Assembly: GCA_034428515.1 (NCBI GenBank)
Contig: DAOUHQ010000007.1
Location: forward strand, 6,258 to 70,257
Direction: 5' to 3'
Source: Dehalococcoidia bacterium
GTDB taxonomy: Bacteria > Chloroflexota > Dehalococcoidia > UBA6926
Length of the DNA: 64,000 bases
The notes below the pieces were generated by a model, which was not told where the DNA came from, ran no database searches, and saw only the letters and a program-made list of their open reading frames with translations. Within the stretch, counting starts at the first letter, position 1; each line of letters opens with the position of its first letter. This document shows positions 19,528 to 28,701 of the stretch, piece by piece. The translations under genes and the position numbers were made by a program.

Positions 19528-20049
19528 TTATCTTCTGACTATCCTCGCAAGACTCTGTATGAAGGCCCGGAACGGGTTGCCTTTCTCAGAGGTCGATGTG
19601 CCGCGGGAAGCAGCGGATTCGTGGTCATCACTGGCGTAAAGGCGCTGTAGCTCCTTTACGACATGGTCGTGGAGAATATCCAATTCCTCCGCAGGGCGTC
19701 CCTGCCAATGCGCAGTGACCCTCTCAGACTCTTCCAGGTAAAAGACCTTCTCGTTCTCGAATTTGCGTCCCAGTTCGCGAGCGAGGTTGAAGAATGCGGC
19801 GCCAGGTGTTCCCTGGCGCTTCCGGACAACCAGCACCCCCAGCAAGCCCCGGCCTGCCTCTTCCTCGGAGCGCGATAACTCATTCAGTGCCTCGGTGAAT
19901 TGGCTGCTCTGCGGGCTGAGCACCATTGCAGTTGCCATTTCACCGTAAGAGATTGTCCGACCCTCCCTGGCGCGAGCCACAAGAATCTCCCATGCTCGCA
20001 CTAGAACCCCATGGTCGTGATCACCGACATCTATTTGGGCACCACTCAT
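19528..20049 (-). CDS. hypothetical protein, paralog B
   Basis: ATG at 20049 with GGGGGA SD; 173 aa; tandem paralog of 19070..19489. Confidence 0.5.
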   Translation of the reverse strand: MSGAQIDVGDHDHGVLVRAWEILVARAREGRTISYGEMATAMVLSPQSSQFTEALNELSRSEEEAGRGLLGVLVVRKRQGTPGAAFFNLARELGRKFENEKVFYLEESERVTAHWQGRPAEELDILHDHVVKELQRLYASDDHESAASRGTSTSEKGNPFRAFIQSLARIVRR

Positions 20050-20068
20050 CACGGTCCCCCGGCGATTA

Positions 20069-22306
20069 CTACTTCAGTTCTTGGTACACTTTCTCCGCTG
20101 TGATCGGCAGGCTATCCACACGCGCGCCGATGCTGTCCGCAACCGCGTTGGCGATGGCCGGTGCGGCCATGCTGTTTGCATGCTCTCCGATGCCACGTGC
20201 TCTGAGTGGGCCGTGACCGTCATCGGACTCCATCACGACAACGTCCAGACTTGGGATGTCTCGAGCCGTCGGCAGCTTCATGTCTGCGAATGACGGATTC
20301 ATAACACGCCCACTCTCGTCGTAGAATAACCCCTCCATCAAGGCCGACCCAATGGACTGTACAATGCCGCCCTCAATCTGGCTGGTAAATCCCATGGGAT
20401 TCAGCACACGGCCGGTCTCATGCACTGCCGTATAGCGAATTGGCGTCACCTCTGCGGTGTCAGGGTCGACTGATACATCCACGACGTGGACGCCGTAACC
20501 GTTCCACGGGCTGTCAAAGCCCTCCATCTCATCGGTTCGCGCGCCAACAGGCTCGCCAAATCGACGCGCAATGTCCTCGATGGCGATTCGCTCATCCGAG
20601 TTCGCGCCGTTCACGATGTGGCCCGCCTGGATTGTCAGACGCTCCTCGTCCCAACCCATGAACTCTGAGGTGAGGCGCTGCAACCGACCTTTGACCTCTT
20701 GCATCGCGTTAAAACCCGCCGTGCTGAACATCCTCGCGCCGCGGCTCCCGGCAATGCCCATGTCTCCCGTCTTGCCCTCACGTGTCGACCATGTGACGAC
20801 ATCGATGCGGTCAATGGGAATATCGAGTTCATCTGCGACGATCTGCGCGATGATCGTCCCCGTGCCCGTCCCTGGATCGAAGACCGGATGGTTGACCTCA
20901 ACCCGGCCATTCTCCATCACCTTGACGGCCACGCTGCCTGTCGCGCCAATCTGCGAGTGGCTGCCAATTGCTACGCCTCGTCCCACGCCTTCCGGCTTCG
21001 GGTCGTAGTAACCGGCTGCCTCTGCCGCGCGCCGCAACGCCGCGCCGGCCTGGACGTTCTCCCACTCCTCGCCCGTCGGGTATTCTTCGCCCGGCTCAAC
21101 CACGTTCTGCAGCCGGAAATCCATGGGATCCATGCCGATGGCCTTTGCCAGCACGTCCATGTGGGACTCGCCGGCGAAATGAGCCTGTACGTGCCCGGGC
21201 GCTCGCGCGTACGTGCACGGAGACGTGTTGGTATATACCTGGTGCGAGTCCACCTTGACGTTTGCAATCCGGTACGGCCCCACTATCTCAACAATGCCCA
21301 GGATGGCGGGCAGTGGGGCATAAGCTGCATAGCCGCCACCTGCGAAATGAACCTCGGACTCCCACGCCGTGATCGTGCCGTCGTTCTTCACGCCGGCCTT
21401 CACCCGCATCGTTGCCGGGTGGCGCATATTCATGTTCTGGAACTCTACGTCGTACTCAACCGTCCACTTGATTGGTTTTCCGGTTCGCATATGGAACTCA
21501 TACGCGAGCGCAACGTCCGTGCCCGACGACTTACCGCCGAATGAGCCGCCCACGTAATTGAAATTGAAGTTGATGTTGTCCTCGTCAACTTCGGTCAATC
21601 GCGCTAGTTCTTGCAGCGCTCCCGTCGGCGTGTCGTTCGCATTCCACACTTGAATGACGCCCTCGTCATCGACGTACACGAGGCAGGCATGAGGCTCAAG
21701 ATAGCCCTGGTGAAGCAGGGGAGTGCGGTATGTCCGTTCAATCACATGATCAGCGTCAGCGAACCCGGCATCCAGGTCGCCCTTGGCAAAATGAATGCCC
21801 GCGTACCGGTTGGGGTGTTCGTCGCGTGGAGGCATTCCCTCATACGAACCCGCGTCCGGGTGAAGGATGGGGGCATCCGCCGTCATCGCGTCCTCCGGCG
21901 CGATAATCGCCGGAAGCTCCTCGTATTCGATGTCGATCAGCCCGATGGCCTGCTGCGCGATGTCCTCATCGTCCGCCACCACGGCGGCTACCTTGTCGCC
22001 AACAAGCATGACCTTGTCCCATGCCAGCAGGGGCATGTCCTTGATCATTCCGCCGGTCAACCTGCCCTTGAGGTCCTCACCGGTCAGAACCAGGTGGACG
22101 CCGGGCAGCGCGCTGGCGGCTGACGCGTCGACAGATACGATGCGCGCATGGGGGAACGGGCTGCGCAGGATCTTCATCCACAACATGCCCGGCATCTGCG
22201 CGTCCAGTCCATAGACCGCAGATCCGGTCACCTTTTCTGGCCCATCAACTCGCGGAACAGAAACCCCTACAAGCTTTGAACCACCGCTATCGGCAGTTGA
22301 TGTCAC
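20069..22306 (-). CDS. xanthine dehydrogenase/aldehyde oxidase/CoxL-family molybdopterin-binding large subunit (orphan)
   Basis: 745 aa; N-terminal a/b-hammerhead and MoCo-binding domains; GTG start with AGGGGGA SD; no FeS or FAD subunit genes adjacent. Confidence 0.85.
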   Translation of the reverse strand: MTSTADSGGSKLVGVSVPRVDGPEKVTGSAVYGLDAQMPGMLWMKILRSPFPHARIVSVDASAASALPGVHLVLTGEDLKGRLTGGMIKDMPLLAWDKVMLVGDKVAAVVADDEDIAQQAIGLIDIEYEELPAIIAPEDAMTADAPILHPDAGSYEGMPPRDEHPNRYAGIHFAKGDLDAGFADADHVIERTYRTPLLHQGYLEPHACLVYVDDEGVIQVWNANDTPTGALQELARLTEVDEDNINFNFNYVGGSFGGKSSGTDVALAYEFHMRTGKPIKWTVEYDVEFQNMNMRHPATMRVKAGVKNDGTITAWESEVHFAGGGYAAYAPLPAILGIVEIVGPYRIANVKVDSHQVYTNTSPCTYARAPGHVQAHFAGESHMDVLAKAIGMDPMDFRLQNVVEPGEEYPTGEEWENVQAGAALRRAAEAAGYYDPKPEGVGRGVAIGSHSQIGATGSVAVKVMENGRVEVNHPVFDPGTGTGTIIAQIVADELDIPIDRIDVVTWSTREGKTGDMGIAGSRGARMFSTAGFNAMQEVKGRLQRLTSEFMGWDEERLTIQAGHIVNGANSDERIAIEDIARRFGEPVGARTDEMEGFDSPWNGYGVHVVDVSVDPDTAEVTPIRYTAVHETGRVLNPMGFTSQIEGGIVQSIGSALMEGLFYDESGRVMNPSFADMKLPTARDIPSLDVVVMESDDGHGPLRARGIGEHANSMAAPAIANAVADSIGARVDSLPITAEKVYQELK

Positions 22307-22458
22307 TTTCCATCCCCCTTAACAATCTTCCTTAACTACGTTCTAGCATTGTAACTCAGAGATACGTGTGTCCGCCCCTGTAGCAGCACGACTCTGAGCA
22401 CTGCTACACTCAAGGCGGTACGCAAAATCACTTTCTTTGGGGCAGGGGGAATACGTCT

Positions 22459-23253
22459 ATGCCGACCGTCCAGACCAACGGAATCGAAACCGCCTACACA
22501 GACCAGGGGCAGGGCGACGACCCACCGGTCGTGCTCATCCACGGCTTTCCGTATAACAAGTCCATGTGGGACGACCAGGTTGCAGCGCTCTCCGGCAGTC
22601 ATCGCGTCATCACCTACGATCTTCGGGGGCACGGTGATTCCGGCTCGACAACTGAGACGTACACGATGGAAATGCTGGCGGATGATCTTCATGACCTGGT
22701 TGAAGAGTTGTCTCTCGGCGAGGTTGCCCTTGGTGGTTTCTCCATGGGCGGCTATGTTGCGTTGGCCTTTGCTGCCGCCTATCCGGAGCACCTTTCCAGC
22801 CTGATGCTGCTTGATACACGCCACCTGCCGGACTCAGAACAGGCAGCAGAGGGGCGCGAGAATCTCGCCAAGCAGGTTGAGGCGGACGGCGTTGGCGGTC
22901 TTGCGGAGGCGCTGCCCGCGCGAATGTTGACTGAAGCCACTGTCAACGGCAAGCCGGACGTGGTCGCAAAGGCGTCGGACATGATTCGAGCGGCGTCACC
23001 CGAGGGCGTCGCGGGAGCGGCGCGCGGCATGGCGGTGCGCCCTGACCAGACCGATACATTGGGCAGTATCCACGTGCCCACGCTGATTGTCGTTGGCGAT
23101 CAGGATGGCATCACTCCGCCTGCGGATGCGCAGACCATGGCGGACGCCATCTATAACTCAACTCTGGTCACAATCGCTGATGCCAGCCATCTTTCCAACC
23201 TGGATAAGCCGGACGAGTTTAACAGGGCATTGATTGACTTCCTCAGCGCCTGA
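22459..23253 (+). CDS. alpha/beta hydrolase
   Basis: 264 aa; HGFP oxyanion motif; nucleophile elbow GFSMGG. Confidence 0.8.
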   Translation: MPTVQTNGIETAYTDQGQGDDPPVVLIHGFPYNKSMWDDQVAALSGSHRVITYDLRGHGDSGSTTETYTMEMLADDLHDLVEELSLGEVALGGFSMGGYVALAFAAAYPEHLSSLMLLDTRHLPDSEQAAEGRENLAKQVEADGVGGLAEALPARMLTEATVNGKPDVVAKASDMIRAASPEGVAGAARGMAVRPDQTDTLGSIHVPTLIVVGDQDGITPPADAQTMADAIYNSTLVTIADASHLSNLDKPDEFNRALIDFLSA

Positions 23254-23683
23254 GCCCAACGCTCGCGCAGGGCTCGAAACCGTTCACGCCGGGCAGGAAT
23301 TCACGCCAACTCAGCTTGACCTCAGCCGCGAGGCCGTCGTCGGCCTCCTGGACTCCATTCAGGCCGCCCTGCCTCAGGATGAGAATGGTGTGGAGCTGGT
23401 GCCGCCGTCTGTCGTGGCGTCCCTTTCCCTCGGCGTCCTCCTGCAACATGTTTCACTTCCCGCCGGTTCGCTGCATGCCTCGCAGGAGATCCGCATATGG
23501 CGGCCGATTCCCGTGGGCTCGCGGGCGGTCTGCGAGGCCGTCGTTGCCAACATGTCGAACAGGGCGGGCATGACGTTGGTCTCTCTGGACTTCAATGTTG
23601 AAAGCCATCCCGACGACTCCGGTAGCAGTCAGCAGCTCGCGACCGGCAGCGGCACGGTCATGTTCCCCGCCGGAAGTAGATGA
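23234..23683 (+). CDS. hotdog-fold protein (dehydratase N-terminal partner, HadA-like); start uncertain
   Basis: 149 aa; hotdog-like; immediately precedes MaoC dehydratase; overlaps upstream gene so true start probably internal. Confidence 0.45.
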   Translation: MTSSAPEPNARAGLETVHAGQEFTPTQLDLSREAVVGLLDSIQAALPQDENGVELVPPSVVASLSLGVLLQHVSLPAGSLHASQEIRIWRPIPVGSRAVCEAVVANMSNRAGMTLVSLDFNVESHPDDSGSSQQLATGSGTVMFPAGSR

Positions 23684-23693
23684 GGGCGGTCTC

Positions 23694-24101
23694 ATGACAC
23701 CGGACACCGGCCCGGTTCTCACACGGACTGTGACGCAGGAGCGTATCGACGCGTACGCCAAGGCATCAGGCGACCACAACCCGGTGCATCTTGACGCTGA
23801 ATTCGCAGCGACAACCCAGTTCGGTGGCACAATCGCGCATGGAATGATCCTCTTCGGGTACATATCTGACGCGCTTTTGCAGGTATATGGCGTGGCATGG
23901 GTTGTCAGCGGCAGGATGCGTGCCCGTTTCCGTGCCCCAGCCCGCCCGGGTGACATCGTGGAGGTATCCGCAGAAGAGCGGTCACGCCATACACGAGACG
24001 ATGGCACAATAGACGTGCATTGCATCGTAGAATGTTGGAAAGCCCATCCCCGCGAACGCCTCGCGACTGGTGACGCGACACTGACAGTAACGCAAGAATA
24101 G
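23694..24101 (+). CDS. MaoC-family (R)-specific enoyl-CoA hydratase/dehydratase
   Basis: ATG at 23694 with GAGGG SD; hydratase-2 motif DHNPVHLD...GGTIAHG. Confidence 0.7.
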   Translation: MTPDTGPVLTRTVTQERIDAYAKASGDHNPVHLDAEFAATTQFGGTIAHGMILFGYISDALLQVYGVAWVVSGRMRARFRAPARPGDIVEVSAEERSRHTRDDGTIDVHCIVECWKAHPRERLATGDATLTVTQE

Positions 24102-24149
24102 GAACGCAGTCCGAACGTGGGACAGCGTGATTGACCGGAGGAGAGAATC

Positions 24150-25202
24150 GTGACGACGCCCCCGCCTGATGGACGCGGATTCCGCGTAGCGCTGGATGCC
24201 ATGGGGGGTGATCATGCCCCTGCCGAGATCGTCAGTGGTGGTGTTGCAGCAGCGCGTGAGGGAGCAACCGTCTTTCTCGTTGGCGTGCCTGAGCGCGTGC
24301 AGGCAGAATTGGACAAGCAGGACGTCAGTGGACTCGCCATTCAGATTGTCCCGTCCGATGACGCCATTGAAGAGACCGAACAGCCTGCCCTCGCCTTGCG
24401 TCGTAAGCCAAAGGCATCCGTTCTCGTCGCCACCGGTCTTGTGAAGGAAGGCATGGCTGACGCTGTTGTCAGCATGGGTTCCACCGGCGCGTTGATGGCC
24501 AGCGCCCACTTCCTGCTTGGCACGCTTGAGAACCTTGATCGCCCCGTGTTGGGCGGTCCCGCCCTCGGCTACGCCCCCAATACAATCTGGCTGGACATGG
24601 GCGCGAACGTCGATGCCCGTCCCACCCAGTTCCTTGATTTCGCGGCCATCGGTGTTGCCACCGCCCGGGCCTATCTGCAAATTGACAACCCCAGCGTCGC
24701 ATTGCTCAACGTCGGTGAAGAACCAACAAAGGGTAGCAAGCAGATCAAGGAAGCATACACGACCCTTAAGGAGGCTTCCGGCCTGAACTTTATCGGGAAC
24801 GTTGAGGGGCATGAGGCCGCGCAGGGCAAGGCGAACGTCATCGTTGCAGACGGCTTCGTCGGAAACGCCCTCCTCAAGTACAGCGAAGGCCTGAGTCAGG
24901 CAATCGCCCGTGATCTTGGCGAGAGGCTTGCACCGGAAATAGGCCCTGAAAAGGCTCGCGATATCGCCATGAGTATCTTCCGAAAGATCAACCTGATGGA
25001 GGCGGGAGGCGGTCCGATTCTGGGTGTCAACGGCATCGTCGTCGTCGGACATGGCCGTGCCCGCGCGCCCATGGTTCACGGTGCAATCCGTACGGCTGAG
25101 CTCCTGAAGGACTCCGGACTCGTCAGCGCCATCAAGACTGAATTGAGCGCCATTCATGCGCGGAACCAGGCCGCTGAGCCGGCCGCCTCGCCGGGAGCCT
25201 AA
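24150..25202 (+). CDS. plsX: phosphate acyltransferase
   Basis: 350 aa; VALDAMGGDHAP start motif typical of PlsX. Confidence 0.9.
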   Translation: MTTPPPDGRGFRVALDAMGGDHAPAEIVSGGVAAAREGATVFLVGVPERVQAELDKQDVSGLAIQIVPSDDAIEETEQPALALRRKPKASVLVATGLVKEGMADAVVSMGSTGALMASAHFLLGTLENLDRPVLGGPALGYAPNTIWLDMGANVDARPTQFLDFAAIGVATARAYLQIDNPSVALLNVGEEPTKGSKQIKEAYTTLKEASGLNFIGNVEGHEAAQGKANVIVADGFVGNALLKYSEGLSQAIARDLGERLAPEIGPEKARDIAMSIFRKINLMEAGGGPILGVNGIVVVGHGRARAPMVHGAIRTAELLKDSGLVSAIKTELSAIHARNQAAEPAASPGA

Positions 25203-25206
25203 GCAC

Positions 25207-25992
25207 ATGCAGACCCAGGCTGAATTGGCAACGCAAGAATCCAAAGAACTCGCGGGGCACGTTGCCCTCGTCACCGGCTCCGGTCGCGGCATCGGCAAGG
25301 CGGTCGCCCTCAAGCTGGCCTCTATGGGCGCCAATATCGTCGTCAATTACAACGCGAGCGGCGATCTTGCTCAGGGAGTTGTCGAAGAGATCAAGGGCCT
25401 CGGGGTTGAAAGCACCTCATTCCAGGCCGACGTCTCCCAGACGGATCAGGTTGAGGCGATGGTCAATGGCGCAGTGGAGACCTTCGGCAAGGTCGATATT
25501 CTCGTGAACAACTCCGGCATCATCCGCGATAAGCTCCTTCTCCGCATGACGGACGATGATTGGGACACCGTCATTGGGACTGACCTGCGCGGGCCGTTCC
25601 TCTGCACGCGTGCCGTCATCCGCTCCATGATGCGAGAACGCTGGGGACGCATAATCAACATCTCCTCCGTCGTCGCGCTCGCCGGCAACCCCGGCCAATC
25701 CAACTACGCCGCTGCAAAGTCCGGCCTCACCGGATTCACCTACAGCGTGGCCAAGGAGCTGGCCGCGAGAAACGTCACGGCCAACATTGTCGCGCCCGGA
25801 TACATCTCCACTGACGTTACTGAAAACCTGCCTGAAGAGATCAAGCAGCAGCTGACCGACCACATCCCGCTCGGGCGGCGGGGTCATGCGTGGGAAATCG
25901 CGGAGATTGTCGCCTTCCTGTGCACCGATCGCGCCTCGTACATCACAGGACAACAGATCGCCGTCGATGGCGGCCTTGCCCTGACCGGCTGA
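25207..25992 (+). CDS. fabG: 3-oxoacyl-ACP reductase
   Basis: ATG at 25207; SDR motifs TGSGRGIG, NNSG, YAAAK. Confidence 0.9.
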   Translation: MQTQAELATQESKELAGHVALVTGSGRGIGKAVALKLASMGANIVVNYNASGDLAQGVVEEIKGLGVESTSFQADVSQTDQVEAMVNGAVETFGKVDILVNNSGIIRDKLLLRMTDDDWDTVIGTDLRGPFLCTRAVIRSMMRERWGRIINISSVVALAGNPGQSNYAAAKSGLTGFTYSVAKELAARNVTANIVAPGYISTDVTENLPEEIKQQLTDHIPLGRRGHAWEIAEIVAFLCTDRASYITGQQIAVDGGLALTG

Positions 25993-26026
25993 CGGCAGGA
26001 CGCCGACCGGTCATCTTGCATACATC

Positions 26027-26680
26027 GTGCGTGTCATCGACATCTCAGTCCCACTGAAATCTCTCAAGGACGGGATGCACATCTATCCTGGCGATACTCC
26101 CTATTTCGCCAGCACGGAAAAGACCATCCACAAGGACCGCATGAGGCTGTCCCGCATCGAAATCGGCTCTCATAACGGCACTCATATCGACGTGCCCGCG
26201 CACTTCATCGACGGCGGAGCAGAAACCGAAACCCTGCCCCTTGAATTGGTTGTTGGCCCGGCGTGGGTTGCAGACCTTACCGGCTTGACAATGGGTACGG
26301 GCATCACCGTCGAGCACCTTGAAGCCGCCATGCCGGACACATCCGTCGAGCGCCTCCTCCTCAAAACGCGCAATTCCGCCCTCTGGACACGAGACTACTT
26401 TCAACCGCGTTTTGTCTTCCTGACTCCGGAGGCCGCCGATTGGCTCGTCGAGAGAGGCGTCCGCTCGGTCGGAATCGACTATCTATCGATCGAGCGATTC
26501 GGCGGCGACAGCCCCAGGGCTCACTTGGCCATCCTCGGAGCGAACGGCGTCATCATGGAGGGCCTTGACCTCACACACGTCGAAGCCGGCCGTGAATACA
26601 CCCTAGCCTTCCTCCCTCTCAAGGCCCCCGGCCTCGACGGCGCCCCCGCCCGCGCCGTCCTGATTGCAGACGAAGAATAA
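26027..26680 (+). CDS. cyclase family protein (kynurenine formamidase-like)
   Basis: 217 aa; HxGTHxDxPxH motif (GSHNGTHIDVPAHF). Confidence 0.7.
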   Translation: MRVIDISVPLKSLKDGMHIYPGDTPYFASTEKTIHKDRMRLSRIEIGSHNGTHIDVPAHFIDGGAETETLPLELVVGPAWVADLTGLTMGTGITVEHLEAAMPDTSVERLLLKTRNSALWTRDYFQPRFVFLTPEAADWLVERGVRSVGIDYLSIERFGGDSPRAHLAILGANGVIMEGLDLTHVEAGREYTLAFLPLKAPGLDGAPARAVLIADEE

Positions 26681-26718
26681 CCTCCCACGCCACCCCGCGC
26701 CGGTCCCCAACCCGGCGC

Positions 26719-26775
26719 CCACCCGTCACCCCGCGCCCACCCGTCATTCCCGCGCAGGCGGGAATCTGAATCGCA
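26719..26775. repeat. REP-like palindromic element variant A with duplicated 5' arm
   Basis: CCCACCCGTCACCCCGCG / CCCACCCGTCATTCCCGCGCAGGCGGGAAT. Confidence 0.55.
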
Positions 26776-26799
26776 TTTGCCTACCAAACCCCTCATTAG

Positions 26800-26841
26800 C
26801 CATTCCCCTCATGCCGGCGAAGGCTGGAATCCATTCGCTGG
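26800..26841. repeat. REP-like element, degenerate variant B
   Basis: CATTCCCCTCATGCCGGCGAAGGCTGGAATCCATTCG. Confidence 0.45.
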
Positions 26842-26857
26842 CCCCCTCCACAAAAAG

Positions 26858-26900
26858 CAAGAGAGGCCCCACCTTTCAGTGAGGCCCCTCTCTTGGGGAG
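26858..26900. terminator. bidirectional hairpin terminator (cyclase / hsp20 convergent)
   Basis: AAGAGAGG...CCTCTCTT 8-bp stem enclosing GC-rich loop. Confidence 0.35.
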
Positions 26901-26911
26901 GCGAGTAAGAA

Positions 26912-27355
26912 TTACTCCCCAGCGCCGATCGCCACCTTGTGGGTCTCTGCGCCGGACGCCTTGGGGAGACTAATGGTCAGCACACCGTTCTTGAACTCGG
27001 ACGTGCCGTTGGCCGCGTCGACTGCCCCGGGAAGGATGAGGCGTCGGACCAGCGAGCCGCTGTACCGCTCGCGCAGCACGTAGCTGTCCTCGGAATTCTC
27101 AGTTTCCTTCTCCGACTCCGCGGATACCGTCACCGTCCGACCCGTGATGGAGATGTCCACGTCATCCGCCTCGAAACCGGGCAGGGAAGCCGTCAGGCTA
27201 TAGTGGTCCGGCTTGTCCTCCACGTCGATCCGCAGGTTGCCGCTGTTGCGCCACCATGCGTACGAGGGCGTGTCATTGAAGTAACGATCCAGGCTGCGTC
27301 CGAAAGGAGCTCGAACCGACCAGGGATTCCATCGCATCATCGTCATTGTTCCCAA
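26912..27355 (-). CDS. Hsp20/alpha-crystallin family small heat shock protein
   Basis: 147 aa; ACD motifs; C-terminal LPKAS...IGAGE. Confidence 0.85.
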   Translation of the reverse strand: MGTMTMMRWNPWSVRAPFGRSLDRYFNDTPSYAWWRNSGNLRIDVEDKPDHYSLTASLPGFEADDVDISITGRTVTVSAESEKETENSEDSYVLRERYSGSLVRRLILPGAVDAANGTSEFKNGVLTISLPKASGAETHKVAIGAGE

Positions 27356-27371
27356 CCTCCTGCACTAAACT

Positions 27372-27412
27372 TGATAAAGATATTATAAAACTTAGTGCGT
27401 GCGTGTCAAGAG
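27372..27412 (-). promoter_or_regulatory. consensus sigma70 promoter TTGACA-N16-TATAAT for hsp20, overlapped by inverted repeat GCACTAA...TTAGTGC
   Basis: Minus strand cTTGACAcgcacgcactaagtttTATAATatctttatcaagtttagtgca. Confidence 0.45.
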
Positions 27413-27601
27413 AGAAAGGCGTCGTAAGTCATTTCGAACTGAGCGTCACCGGCGTGAGAAATCTAAGAACTCACTGATGCCTCCAACGCTGAATTCACAA
27501 GCGCATCCATGGATTCCATGCCCTCGGAATGACAGCCAAGGGACGCCCGGTTGAGGAATATCTGCAGGAATCTGGAGTAAACGCCGGAGTGGCAGTGATG
27601 C

Positions 27602-28192
27602 CTATCCTGCCGCCCTCAGCACGTCAAAGAACTCAGCCAGGATTCCTGCCGTTGCGCCCCAGATACGGTAGCCGTCGTGGTGGAACTCGTACGCCATGAT
27701 GGTGTTCTCACCGTATTTGAACGGCTGACGACCATTCAGGTAGGTCTCCCATAGATCGGCAAAAGAGACTTCAAAGATCTCATTCACCTCGAAACGGTCA
27801 TGGTCGTAGTTCGCCTCCGACCTGACGATGCCGACAAACGGCGTGATGTGGTATCCCGTCCTCGTCTTGTGGTCGTTCAGCCTGCCGAGAATCTCGACCT
27901 TGTCCGATTCGATTCCAACTTCTTCATGCGTCTCGCGGACGGCGGTGGACTGAATCGACTCATCCTCGGGATCGCGCGCCCCGCCCGGGAAAGACACCTC
28001 TCCCTTGTGGTGCTCCACACGTGACGTGCGGACGGTGAACAGGATGCTCGGCCCATCCGACCCCTCAATGATGGGTATCAGCACCGCGGAGGGCATCAGG
28101 GACTCATCATCGATGAATTCGGGCTCGTAAGAACCAAGCGCGGTGCGGACGCTATCTGGCTGGAGTGAGGGCAGTCGCTGTGAATCTGTCAT
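27602..28192 (-). CDS. NUDIX hydrolase (CoA pyrophosphatase-like)
   Basis: ATG MTDSQRL at 28192; Nudix box GGARDPEDESIQSTAVRETHEEVGI. Confidence 0.7.
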   Translation of the reverse strand: MTDSQRLPSLQPDSVRTALGSYEPEFIDDESLMPSAVLIPIIEGSDGPSILFTVRTSRVEHHKGEVSFPGGARDPEDESIQSTAVRETHEEVGIESDKVEILGRLNDHKTRTGYHITPFVGIVRSEANYDHDRFEVNEIFEVSFADLWETYLNGRQPFKYGENTIMAYEFHHDGYRIWGATAGILAEFFDVLRAAG

Positions 28193-28296
28193 CGTCAGAG
28201 TATACTGCCAACGATGGCGATTCCTCTGTGTGCGCGGCACGGCGGCACGGAGTAGAATGCGAGCATGAAGCGCCTGGGGCATAGGGAGAGACACAC

Positions 28297-28701
28297 ATGA
28301 GTGATCGTCTCGAACGGGAGATTGAGGACATTGTCGAGAAGGCAGGCAGTCTGCCGCCTCCGCCCCGTCGTTCCCGCCGGGCACAGCGACGGCGTTCCAC
28401 AGACAGCCCTCGACGCTCCTTCATGGGCGGCGTCAAATACGCCGCCGTATTTGGACTGGTCCTCCTCATCAGCGGCGCGCTGCTCTGGGGCATGTCAGGA
28501 TCGCTTGGCGCAGCCCTCGCTCTTGGCGGCCTCATCCTGCTCGGTGCCGCCTACCTGAGCCACTTCAGGAACGGGTCTCCGTCCACTCTGCCCGGCGGCT
28601 ATGAAAAGCGATGGCGCGGGCAGTCGATTTCTAGTGATCGACCTCAAGGCCCATCTCTGTGGGATCGCATTCGTGGCCGCCGTAACCGCCCCCACGATTA
28701 G
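28297..28701 (+). CDS. hypothetical membrane protein
   Basis: 134 aa; Arg-rich N-terminus, two TM helices. Confidence 0.4.
   Translation: MSDRLEREIEDIVEKAGSLPPPPRRSRRAQRRRSTDSPRRSFMGGVKYAAVFGLVLLISGALLWGMSGSLGAALALGGLILLGAAYLSHFRNGSPSTLPGGYEKRWRGQSISSDRPQGPSLWDRIRGRRNRPHD

Noticed and set aside
20699-21544. 281-aa plus ORF inside the molybdenum hydroxylase gene
   Set aside because: Antisense to a well-supported 745-aa CoxL-family gene.
23453-25346. 249-aa and 454-aa minus ORFs
   Set aside because: Antisense to the MaoC and plsX genes, which carry strong family motifs.
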